The notes under the pieces: model-generated
Databases searched by the model: none
Told to the model about the DNA's origin: nothing
The model's input: only the letters and a program-made list of their open reading frames with translations
In this document: positions 10,805-19,817 of the stretch, piece by piece
How positions within the stretch are numbered: the stretch's first letter is position 1
How the letters are laid out: the number at the start of each line of letters is the position of its first letter
Translations under genes and position numbers: made by a program
Source of the DNA: Spirochaetia bacterium
GTDB lineage: Bacteria; Spirochaetota; Spirochaetia; DSM-2461
Assembly (NCBI GenBank): GCA_963668315.1
Contig: OY764216.1
Coordinates: 5,504,001 to 5,568,000 of the forward strand
Direction of reading: 5' to 3'
DNA: 64,000 nucleotides

Positions 10805-11590
10805 CTATCGTGAACGATGTTCGTCGATCACCGCTTTCAGCCCGGCCAGGAAACGCTCGACCTCCGTCGTGAGAGTGACGAATCGCAGGCCGCAGTGGCG
10901 CAACTCGGCGATCAACTGGGGCGACGTGATGTTTGCGCCCCCCGCAACGCCGTGCGCCGCAGCCGTTCGCAGGATCCGTTCGAGCGCATCGCGGAGCTGA
11001 CCGCGTTCCAGGTTATCGGGACAGCCGAGGGATTGCGCCAAGTCGGCATTGCCCACAAAGGCGGCGTCGACCCCCGGAACGGCAAGGATCTCGTCGGCAT
11101 GTTCCAGGCCCTGGGCGCTTTCAATCTGCAGAACAAGAAGTGTGTTTTCGTTGGCCTCCTCGGTGAATCGGCCACCGGTTGGCGTCTGGAAAAGCGAGTG
11201 CGGGCGGCAGTACGAAACGCCGCGTTTGCCGACCGGCGGGTATTTCATCAGGTCGACACAGGCCCGGGCGTCGGCGGCCGACTCGACCATCGGCACGACA
11301 ATTCCCCCGAAGCCCAGATCGAGCGACGCTTGAAAGAACTCTCGCCGAATCGCTGGCACGCGGACCAGCGGCACGCACCGACAAGCCCGGAAACCGGGCG
11401 TCATCGCGGCCAGCTCTGCGAGCGTGTAGCTGCCGTGTTCCATGTCGAAGATGACAAAGTCGTAGCCCGCGGCATCAAGCAGCAAACCGATGCCGGGCGT
11501 ACGCATTTCCACCACGAAGAGGCCGAAGACCGTCTCGTCGGCGAGCAAACGTCTGCGCAATGAGCCGTCCGCCAGGTGTCTGCTAAGCAT
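10805..11590 (-). CDS. HpcH/HpaI family aldolase
   Basis: GYDFVIFDMEHG, VRVP, PPVGKRG, QIES, FVGNADL. Confidence 0.9.
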   Translation of the reverse strand: MLSRHLADGSLRRRLLADETVFGLFVVEMRTPGIGLLLDAAGYDFVIFDMEHGSYTLAELAAMTPGFRACRCVPLVRVPAIRREFFQASLDLGFGGIVVPMVESAADARACVDLMKYPPVGKRGVSYCRPHSLFQTPTGGRFTEEANENTLLVLQIESAQGLEHADEILAVPGVDAAFVGNADLAQSLGCPDNLERGQLRDALERILRTAAAHGVAGGANITSPQLIAELRHCGLRFVTLTTEVERFLAGLKAVIDEHRSR

Positions 11591-11636
11591 ATCTTCTCCA
11601 AGCGATTGTGATAATACAGGATGTGAGGCCGCGCTG

Positions 11637-12142
11637 CTAATGCTTGGCTCGCGGGTTGCGGAGGTAGTAGAAATGCCCGTCTTCGGCGCCGATCACGACG
11701 TCCGCGATACCGTTGTCGTCGAAATCAACCACGGTCGGGCAGGTCGTGTGTCCCGCAAGCCGCCGCGAATCGAGCGGTCCCCGATCTTCGAAATACCATT
11801 TGCCGTCGCGAGATTCTGTTTGACGCAGCCAACTCGCATTGGAGCTATTGACGAAGAAGTCCAGCTTGCCGTCGCCGTCAAAATCAGCAACACAGAGCTT
11901 TCGCCGACCGCTTGCGCCGGCCTGCTTGGCGTTGAGTTGACCATGTCCATCCGCCCGTCGCCGTTGACATCCATCGGCAGCGGCCACGCCCACAGGCCGG
12001 CCCCCAGATCGACGACCAGGCCGGGATGATTGTACTTCAGCCGCTCGAGTTTTGAATCCTGAGCGGTTACCACACTGGAAGAAGCGAGAAACAGCAAACC
12101 GGCCAGCAGGAGGCCCGGCAAGAACGTTGTATGTCGGGACAT
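11637..12142 (-). pseudogene. Internally deleted FG-GAP/VCBS-repeat protein
   Basis: Signal peptide + LKYNHPGLVVDLGAGLWAWPLPMDVNGDG joined out of frame near 11940 to C-terminal SGRRKLCVADFDGDG..VDFDDNG..GAEDGHFYYLRNP*. Confidence 0.75.
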
Positions 12143-12357
12143 GAGAGGTCCTTTCTTTTGACCTTGGCAAGATACCATCTCGAAGCGACCGATGCTACTA
12201 GTTTCTGACGGCCAGCGTGACGGAGGACCGAATCCCCCATAGCGGTCATCGACGAGGTTGGCATTCCAACTGAAGCGTCTTGCCCCTCCGCCACCTCGGC
12301 AACGTTCGTATCCGGACAAGACGCCGGGAGCACGAGAAACCGCACGGGCGGTAAACG

Positions 12358-12576
12358 TCAATCGCAACCGCCGAAGAATCCGTCGTCGATCCAGATCGGC
12401 TTGTACCCGTGTTCCGTCACGTGGCGCAACGCGGTATCCCAACGTTCGAAAATATCCGATTTGTGGTTTCGATAGAACGGCCACCAGTACTGTTCGTGGC
12501 CCGCGATATTAATCAGCAGGTTCTGCTTCGGGTTGTCGAGCTTACGATGATGGAGCCATTCGGTCTTTATGCACTT
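12358..12576 (-). pseudogene. 3'-terminal remnant of an unidentified gene
   Basis: Start-less frame ..INIAGHEQYWWPFYRNH..ERWDTALRHVTEHGYKPIWIDDGFFGGCD*, preceded by an in-frame stop. Confidence 0.5.
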
Positions 12577-12744
12577 TCAGGCTGGGTTCGTTGAGCAAGG
12601 CGGATTCCCTAAAGCATGTCGCAAACACCGCTTGCGCAAGAATTCAAGAAAGACTCATCCCGTCCACGGACGCGTGTGACAGTCCAATCCGCTTGCCGCC
12701 CGGAGGGACACGTCGACATGACGTAGGAGGACCCAGGCCACGCA

Positions 12745-12816
12745 GACGGGTCCATTTTTTCGGCCAGCAAGGTACTTTGACGACCATGCGCCACCCAGAA
12801 ATGCGAACCAGTTCCC
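12745..12816. repeat. Degenerate copy of the REP-like hairpin at 58671-58746
   Basis: GACGGGTCCATTTTTTCGGCCAGCAAGGTACTTTGACGA aligns with GACTGGTCCGATTTTCGGTCAGCAAGGTGCTTTGGCGA. Confidence 0.6.
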
Positions 12817-12931
12817 TTCCTCTTCTGCGACATGACGGAGAACACTGGAATTGTGGCTGACACAGACGTACATTGAGATCGCTGCCGGTTTCCAAATCCA
12901 TTTTCGCTGTGCCGTTTTGGGAGAGCCTATC

Positions 12932-15214
12932 GTGAGAGAGTATCTGCTGGCCCTCGTTGCCTGCTTCGTGAGCACCACACTCCTGGTGGCGGACACGCCC
13001 GAGCCCGCCTTTCGCGCCGGTGCGGCTACGAGCAACATCACGCCGGCATTGGGGTCGGCGATCATCGGCAGTTCTCCGCCCATTCCAGCCGCAAACGTCC
13101 ACGACGGGCTTCCCGACACAAACAACGCCTTGGCGCAAGATGCCCAGAACCATCCCACGGTCGGCCCGGACAAGACAAGGGCGGCGCACGATTGGCTTGC
13201 GTCGACATTCGAAGGAAACGAGACGTTCTTCTCATTCCTGTACGGCGGAGAACCCTTCGCCACTCTCCGCAACGACTGGAAACTGGAGCGTGCGACCCGC
13301 AAGTTGGACGAAAGCCGCAGCGAACGCGTGCTCACATACACCGATCCGAAGACCGGCCTGGTCGTACGTTGCGTGGGCATCGAGTACCTCGATTTTCCCA
13401 CAGTCGAATGGACGCTCCACTTCAAAAACAGCGGCGATGCGGACACACCGATCCTGGAGGACATTCGGGCGTTGGACATCGAAGTTGTTCGCTCGCCTCG
13501 GGGGGGGCATGAGGGCGAAGACAAGGACTTCTGCCTGCACCACTACGTCGGCGGCGAGTGCAGCCCCCACGCATATCAACCGCTCACGACGGTGCTGAGC
13601 CCGGGTACTCAGATCCGATTCAGCGGCACAAGTGGTCGCCCCACCGACAAGCAAATGCCGTATTTCAATCTGCAACGCCCCGAAAACGCGGGCGGCCTTA
13701 TCGTCGTCGTGGGCTGGCCTGGACAGTGGGCTGCCGATTTCACGCGTGTCAGCGACACCCGGCTGCACCTTCGTGCGGGCCAGGAATTGACGCACTTCAA
13801 ACTCTTGCCTGGCGAGGAGGTCCGCAGCCCGCTGATCGTGCTGCAATTCTGGAAGGGCGACCGCGTCGAGTCGCAGAACGTGTGGCGCCGCTGGATGCTG
13901 GCCCACAACCTGCCGCGTCCCGGCGGCAAGTTGCCCGAGCCGATTCTGGCGTTCGGCCCTGGCGGCCTCTATCCCGGGATCATCACCAACGCGGCCGGAG
14001 AAGTGGAGTTCATTCGGCGAACGCTCGAAAGAAACTTCAAGCCCGACTACTGGTGGCAGGACGCCGGATGGTATCCGTGTGACAACCGTTGGCCGAAGAC
14101 CGGCACCTGGGAGGTGGACAAGACGCGGTTTCCCAAGGGCTATCGAGAGGTCAGCGACCTGGTGCACGCCAAGGGCATGAAGAGCCTCCTGTGGTTCGAG
14201 CCGGAACGCGTTGCCGCCGACACCTGGCTCGCCAAGGAGCGTCCCCAGTGGGTGCTGGGCGGAGAGAAGGGCGGCATCCTGAACCTCGGGAACCCGGAGG
14301 CCTGGAACTGGCTGGTCGAGCGGGTCGACACGCTGCTCGTCGAGCAGGGCATCGATCTCTACCGCCAGGATTTCAACACGGGACCGCTCGCCCTATGGCG
14401 AGCCAATGACGCCGAAGATCGCCAGGGCATCACCGAGATCAAGCATGTCACCGGCTACCTGGCCTACTGGGACGAGTTGCGGCGACGGCATCCAAACATG
14501 TTGATTGACACATGTGCCAGCGGCGGTCGGCGCAACGATCTGGAGACGCTCCGCCGTAGCGTGCCGCTCCTGCGCAGCGATCTCTTCGGCGAGGAGAATT
14601 CAGGCGTCCCCCAGGAATGTCAAACCTACGGCATTGCCGCCTGGTTCCCCTACTACGGCACCAATACGCAACGTGGTCCCGTGGTGAATTCCTATGCCTT
14701 TCGCGGGCGAATGTGTCCGTGTGCCACCATCGCCAAATGCGACACACGCCGCGAAGATATTGACTACCCGGAGCTTCATCGACTTGTCGGCCAGTGGCGT
14801 CAGGTCGCCCCATACTACTTCGGCGACTACTATCCCCTGACCGGGTACAGCCTGGAGGAAGACGTATGGATGGCCTGGCAGTTCAACCGGCCCGACCTCG
14901 GCGCAGGCGTGGTCCAAGTCTTCCGCCGTTCGAAGAGTCCCGTCGAGGCGGCCCGTTTTCAACTGCGAGGCTTGGACCCCGATGCCACCTACGCCATTGT
15001 CAACCTGGACACGCCGAATCAGAAGACGACAGTTACGGGCCGTGAACTTCTGGAAACCGGGCTTCGCGTGGCGATTTCAAACCGTCCCGAGGCAGTGATA
15101 TACACCTACACGGTTTGCGCCGATCTGCAACGAAACCGGGTACAGGAATCGGTTTCCGGGCGGAGAGGCACGGCTCCGGCTGCCGTCATTGCCAGATCGC
15201 GTCCATCGAGGTAA
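12932..15214 (+). CDS. Alpha-galactosidase, GH36 family (N-terminus apparently chimeric)
   Basis: WWQDAGWY, LWFEPE, YRQDFN, CASGGRRND; GTG start after GGAG; signal peptide. Confidence 0.9.
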   Translation: MREYLLALVACFVSTTLLVADTPEPAFRAGAATSNITPALGSAIIGSSPPIPAANVHDGLPDTNNALAQDAQNHPTVGPDKTRAAHDWLASTFEGNETFFSFLYGGEPFATLRNDWKLERATRKLDESRSERVLTYTDPKTGLVVRCVGIEYLDFPTVEWTLHFKNSGDADTPILEDIRALDIEVVRSPRGGHEGEDKDFCLHHYVGGECSPHAYQPLTTVLSPGTQIRFSGTSGRPTDKQMPYFNLQRPENAGGLIVVVGWPGQWAADFTRVSDTRLHLRAGQELTHFKLLPGEEVRSPLIVLQFWKGDRVESQNVWRRWMLAHNLPRPGGKLPEPILAFGPGGLYPGIITNAAGEVEFIRRTLERNFKPDYWWQDAGWYPCDNRWPKTGTWEVDKTRFPKGYREVSDLVHAKGMKSLLWFEPERVAADTWLAKERPQWVLGGEKGGILNLGNPEAWNWLVERVDTLLVEQGIDLYRQDFNTGPLALWRANDAEDRQGITEIKHVTGYLAYWDELRRRHPNMLIDTCASGGRRNDLETLRRSVPLLRSDLFGEENSGVPQECQTYGIAAWFPYYGTNTQRGPVVNSYAFRGRMCPCATIAKCDTRREDIDYPELHRLVGQWRQVAPYYFGDYYPLTGYSLEEDVWMAWQFNRPDLGAGVVQVFRRSKSPVEAARFQLRGLDPDATYAIVNLDTPNQKTTVTGRELLETGLRVAISNRPEAVIYTYTVCADLQRNRVQESVSGRRGTAPAAVIARSRPSR

Positions 15215-16574
15215 TCATAGTCGAATGGAGAAATGTCGATGCCGGCTGCAGCGAGAAACGTCGGAGCCATGTCGACGAAGCACGCGAAGTCCGTAACGAC
15301 TTTGCCGGCCGGAAACCGCTTGCGGTCCGACGAAACGACGATGATCGGGGTATTCAAGTCCCTGTCGTAGTGCAGGAACTTGCTGACCATGCCGTGTTCA
15401 TTGAGTTTCCACCCGTTGTCGCCACACACATAGAGAATCAGCCAGGGACGCGAATTGCTCTCCGAGTAGGCAACGAACTCGTCTACGAGCTTGCCCACGA
15501 GCGAATCGCCGTACGCGCAGTAGGCGCAGTAGTCGGCAACCATCTGCTGTTTCTCGGCGTTGGTAAAATGGTCGCTTTTCCAATTCTCAAAGGCTCTCAG
15601 GATCTGCAGAGGGAAACTGGCGAGTTCTTCGGGTGTAAACGTCGGCAGGGTGTAGCGCAATTCGCAAACTTCTCGCGGAATTCAGCGGGCGGCGGCACGG
15701 GCGTGTGAGGGAACTCAAATCCACAGTACATGAACAAGGGGCGCTGGCTGTCAGGACCATTCTGCTCCCGGCCAAGGACGTCCGTGTAGCTTTCGTCCGC
15801 ATGAGCCAAGTGGTCGACCAGGGCGGCGGCAAAATTGGCGTCCCGGGTGCCGTCGCTCGATTGCGGATTCGCGCCGCCAAGAATCTCGCCGAGACTACCA
15901 TCTTCGTTGGGACGATAGGCCCGGAATATATCGAGGCGTTCGCGGATAGCCTCCGCATCGTTGACTGTCGCCTCGGAATCCTCCGGCCATCGGAGTCTGG
16001 TGCCATCGGCAAAGAAGAATGTCTCGATTCTTGGCCCTGCCTTTCCGCCCGACCATTTCCTCTCCGGGTGCCAGTCCACCAGCCCCTTTGCGGCGAACTC
16101 GTTTCGATAGCCGAGATTCGTCTCATACAGCAGCGGCCCGTTCGGGTCCTTCTTGTTGGCGAAATGCTGGTCACGAATGCCGAGCTTGCCCACGGCGACA
16201 GTCTGGTAGCCTGCCTGATCCCGCAATATCTCGGGCACCATGGGCTTCCAATGGGGCATGCCGGCTGGGTTGTAGTACTCGAATCCGTAGACGCCGGTGC
16301 GATGGGAATAACGACCGGTGTGCATGGTTGTTCGCGACGGAGCGCAGCTTGGATTGTGGTTGAAGGTACTAATGAACGTCGTGCCCTGGGATGCCAACCG
16401 GTCGACGTTGGGCGAGAGCACGTTTCCAAGCCGACTGTCGGCGTTGCCGTGTCGGATGCGGTTGAAGGCGGAAATCGAGTCGGGACGCTGGTCGTCGGTG
16501 AGAATCCAGAGGATGTTGGGCTTCTCGGTATCTTGCGCGGAAAGCCCCCTGCACGATAGCAGCACGGCGAACAT
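15106..16574 (-). pseudogene. Sulfatase pseudogene (1-nt deletion near 15661, 3' truncated)
   Basis: PNILWILTDD, CAPSRTTMHTGR; frame break at GCG AA TTG CGC; second part GDNG..VDMAPT..DGRDL, then similarity is lost. Confidence 0.85.
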
Positions 16575-16668
16575 GCAGAGGACGAGTTGTGGGGCAGGTT
16601 TCCTATTGCCGTTCCTTGAATTCCCAGATACTCGTTGTTCTTTCTTCGGCTTGGCCCTTCGAAGGCTG

Positions 16669-17949
16669 CTAATTCCCAGGGAGTTTCTCGTTCGCTTCGC
16701 GAATTCGTTCTCGCTGCTGGCGATTCAGGCCGTGCTGGTAGTAGAACTCCGGCCTGTAAGTGTACCCGTGCCGTTTCATGTCCGGGTCATCGACATCCAG
16801 GCTGAGGTCGCAGTCGAATCGCATCAGGAGCGAGTGATTGGTGCGCGGGCCTGTGCCGGCCAGGGTGTTGTGGCAGATTCCCCAGGTGATTCCGCGGCCG
16901 CACTTTGTGTTGGTGAAGGCGTCCGGAACATAGGGCCCCGCCGCTACGGGCATCAGGCAGGTGATTGATGCAATTTCGAAGTTGACTCCATCTTCCGCAT
17001 ATTGAACGGTGAAGTGCTCGTTGCCGTCTTTGATGACCAGGGCCGCGATTCCTTCCTTGAAAGGGAACAGCGTGGTCTCGTGTCCGGAGTTGATCACGGG
17101 GTTGAGCGGATGCTTCTTGAACGGTCCTAGCGGATGGTCGGCGATGGCCAACCCTTGCATCCGGACGAGACGCGGGTCTCCGTCGCAATCGGACTTGTAG
17201 TACAGGTAGATCTTGCCTTTGTAGACGAGCGGGTAGGGATCGTGGATGGAGTACTGATCCCACTCGCCTTCGGCGCCGTTGGGAATCACGACTTGATTCA
17301 ACGGCGTCCACGGACCGTCGGGCGAGTCGGCGTACGCGACGGCCACGGGGCAGTCATCGCCGCGCGTCTTATCCTTGCCGCGGGTACCGCTAGGCGCGGA
17401 AAAGGCCTGATAGTAGAGGTAGTACTTGCCTTCCCACAGCAGGATGTCGGTCGTTGTCACCGATCGCCAACCGGGATTCGGTTTGGAAGGACGAGGCATG
17501 GCAACGCCCTGCTCCTGCCAGGTGAAGCCGTCGTCCGAGGTAGCATACCAGATGTCGCAAAGGTCCCAATCGCGCGACGGAATCGTATCCGTGCATTTCT
17601 CAGCGCCCTGGGGCGCCGTCGGCGTCTGTCGATGCGTGTACCAGACGTAGTATTTGCCGTTGACGACAATCACTTTCGACGGATCGCGACGCGTGATCGT
17701 TCCGTCATGGTTGTTGTAGTCCAGACCTTTCAACTCGGTGTACTTGAACAACGAATAGAGTTCGTTGTCTTCCGGGCGTGGGGCCGGGTATGCGGTGTAG
17801 TTCCGCTCCATGGCCGCACTCATCGGGCGGTTTGGCTTCTCCTTGGGGAGAATGAAGGGAAATCCGCGTTCTTGCGCCTCGATGGTGCATGAAAGCAGAG
17901 CGACAAGTGCGGCTGTAGCCACGAGGGTTGGTAGCCAGATGTTTCGCAT
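16669..17949 (-). CDS. GH117-like (3,6-anhydro-alpha-L-galactosidase family) five-bladed propeller hydrolase, secreted
   Basis: SxAxxR signature (SAAMER), [27 protein letters not shown]. Confidence 0.8.
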   Translation of the reverse strand: MRNIWLPTLVATAALVALLSCTIEAQERGFPFILPKEKPNRPMSAAMERNYTAYPAPRPEDNELYSLFKYTELKGLDYNNHDGTITRRDPSKVIVVNGKYYVWYTHRQTPTAPQGAEKCTDTIPSRDWDLCDIWYATSDDGFTWQEQGVAMPRPSKPNPGWRSVTTTDILLWEGKYYLYYQAFSAPSGTRGKDKTRGDDCPVAVAYADSPDGPWTPLNQVVIPNGAEGEWDQYSIHDPYPLVYKGKIYLYYKSDCDGDPRLVRMQGLAIADHPLGPFKKHPLNPVINSGHETTLFPFKEGIAALVIKDGNEHFTVQYAEDGVNFEIASITCLMPVAAGPYVPDAFTNTKCGRGITWGICHNTLAGTGPRTNHSLLMRFDCDLSLDVDDPDMKRHGYTYRPEFYYQHGLNRQQRERIREANEKLPGN

Positions 17950-17979
17950 GATTGTTCGTCACTCCTTCGTACACTGTGT

Positions 17980-18235
17980 TCAGGGACGCCCGGGTAGGCG
18001 TGCAAACCGGCTCGAAGTGATAGTCCTCGAGGCGAACGCTTTCGGCATGGAGACGGTCCAGGTTGGGCGTCTTGAGCCAGGGGTTTCCATGACACGACAT
18101 GTCGCCGTAGCGCTGATCGTCGGTGACGATCAAGATCACGTTGGGGCGGTGGTCCTGTCGCTGCGTTGTTGCAGAGGCGAATACGGCCGTGAGAACGATC
18201 GTCCCAACCAGGATGGCACTCGATAATCGTCCCAT
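17980..18235 (-). pseudogene. 5' fragment of a sulfatase (~85 aa)
   Basis: Signal peptide, [26 protein letters not shown], then abrupt junction to the GH117 ribosome-binding region. Confidence 0.85.
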
Positions 18236-18284
18236 CTTCAATCTCTCGTTGCGAGTGCGCCAGCAGGCTGAAACGGGGCCCTGC

Positions 18285-18893
18285 CTATTGAATATTCGCC
18301 TTCAGGGCCGCAATCGCCGCCTTTCTGTCTCTCTTGCGAACAGCATCCACGATCGCGGCGTGTTCTCGGAAGCTCTCCATCATGCTGCGGTGGCGGCCGA
18401 AGTGAAACAACATGCGGCTGACAATGGGCATCCAAATCGCCAGCAGATCCGTGTTGCCGGTCGCTTCCACGATGTGGCGGTGCAGGGCCATGTCCTGCTG
18501 CAGAACCTCCGCGAGATCCTCATTTTCACAAGCCGTTTTCAATTGGCGGACCGTGTCCTGGAGACGTTCCACGTCGCGATCTGCGAGTTTGCCGAAGATC
18601 CTGCGAAGGGCGTACACCTCGATCTTTCGCCGCAGCTCGACCACCAGCGGTTGGATCTCCTCACCCGACGGCGAGCCAACCCGCACACCACAATTGGGCC
18701 TGGCCACTAGCAAGCCTTCCTGGGTCAATTGGAAGAGCGCATCGCGGATGGGCGCCCGGCTGACTCCGTATTGCTTGGCAAGCGTCTGCTCGCGGAGATT
18801 GGTTCCTTCCGCCAACCGGCCGGCAATGACGTCGGCACGAATCTGATCGGCGATCTGCTCGCGGATCGTGCGAAATACGGGAGGATGGGACAT
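18285..18893 (-). CDS. GntR/FCD-family transcriptional regulator
   Basis: [33 protein letters not shown] wHTH; FCD D..LH..I..ATGN..EH..I. Confidence 0.93.
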   Translation of the reverse strand: MSHPPVFRTIREQIADQIRADVIAGRLAEGTNLREQTLAKQYGVSRAPIRDALFQLTQEGLLVARPNCGVRVGSPSGEEIQPLVVELRRKIEVYALRRIFGKLADRDVERLQDTVRQLKTACENEDLAEVLQQDMALHRHIVEATGNTDLLAIWMPIVSRMLFHFGRHRSMMESFREHAAIVDAVRKRDRKAAIAALKANIQ

Positions 18894-18914
18894 GAGGGGC
18901 ATCCTTATAGCCAG

Positions 18915-18950
18915 TTGACAGAGCAATTGCAGAGTGTATGCAATCTGCAA
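18915..18950 (+). promoter_or_regulatory. Putative promoter (-35 TTGACA) overlapping a palindromic GntR-type operator
   Basis: TTGACA at 18915-18920; TTGCAGA-N10-TCTGCAA at 18927-18950, between divergent genes. Confidence 0.55.
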
Positions 18951-18989
18951 TCGACGTCAAGAGGCCAAAACGAACAGGAGGAGACTGCT

Positions 18990-19308
18990 ATGCGAACCGG
19001 CTTCCCGCGGACGCTGGCACTGCTGTTGCTGTCAATCGCCAGCTTGGCCCAGGCACAACCGTTCTTCCTACCCACGCGGGACCCAAAGCCGACAGACAAG
19101 GTCTGGGTGAAGGTCGAGAACATGTCGGATGAATTCGACGAAATCTCCTTGGATGCATTTTGAATGCCGCATGAAAGCCAACAAGACGGTCATGTCGTCT
19201 ACCTTCTGGCTCATGACCAAGAAGGACACCACGAAGAAGCTCGAGCTGGAGATTCAGGAATGCGTTGACAGGACCACCGACAAGACCGAAGGCTGCCAGA
19301 CGATGTAG
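18990..19308 (+). pseudogene. GH16 (beta-porphyranase/agarase-like) remnant with internal deletions
   Basis: GGAGGAG RBS, signal peptide, W..VENMSDEF, then out-of-frame FECRMKA..MSSTFWL..ELEIQE (ExDxxE-like motif). Confidence 0.75.
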
Positions 19309-19340
19309 CTCTTGTCGCGTCCGGCAATGGGGGTGATCTT

Positions 19341-19703
19341 GTGCCAAACCCTCGGTCGTTGCAGATTTTGTCGCAACAATTCGTTGACCTGCTTCTCCCG
19401 AGGGCGAAAGACGACCTTCAGTTGTTTCCCGCCCCACTGGTCTCTGCGACGACTTCAGAGCAACTGCGTGGTTACCACGTCGTGAACTGTGTGCAGAGGT
19501 TGCCTTGCCTGGATCGAGAGCGAGCAATTTACAAATGGGACCAAGAGATCGATGAGTTGGTGGTATACAAGTTGGCCGTCGATGCGACCATGGTTCCGGA
19601 TGCTATCCAGATATTTCGAGTGGATGAATGCCCGTACCGGGGGCTGATCTTTCGTGACCTGGTCGGGCAAGGTTTGCGCGGAGTTGCGTTCATCAAGTGT
19701 TGA
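19341..19703 (+). CDS. Imm11/DUF1629-like immunity protein, probably 5'-truncated
   Basis: D(L)VPN..ILSQQF..LQLFP..YHVVN....CLD..IFRVDE..G..F pattern; frame extends upstream without a start into the GH16 remnant. Confidence 0.55.
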   Translation: MPNPRSLQILSQQFVDLLLPRAKDDLQLFPAPLVSATTSEQLRGYHVVNCVQRLPCLDRERAIYKWDQEIDELVVYKLAVDATMVPDAIQIFRVDECPYRGLIFRDLVGQGLRGVAFIKC

Positions 19704-19817
19704 TGGCGGGACGGACAGAATCTCCCAACATCTGCCGCCGCTGTGCTCCCGGTCGCATCGCCCTTTTCGACGTGGTAGGATGGCTACGCGCAGTTCTACC
19801 ACGAGGGAGGGAACACC

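Noticed and set aside
17705..18241. 178-aa intact protein
   Set aside because: Only the first ~88 aa are sulfatase; the rest is out-of-frame read-through into GH117
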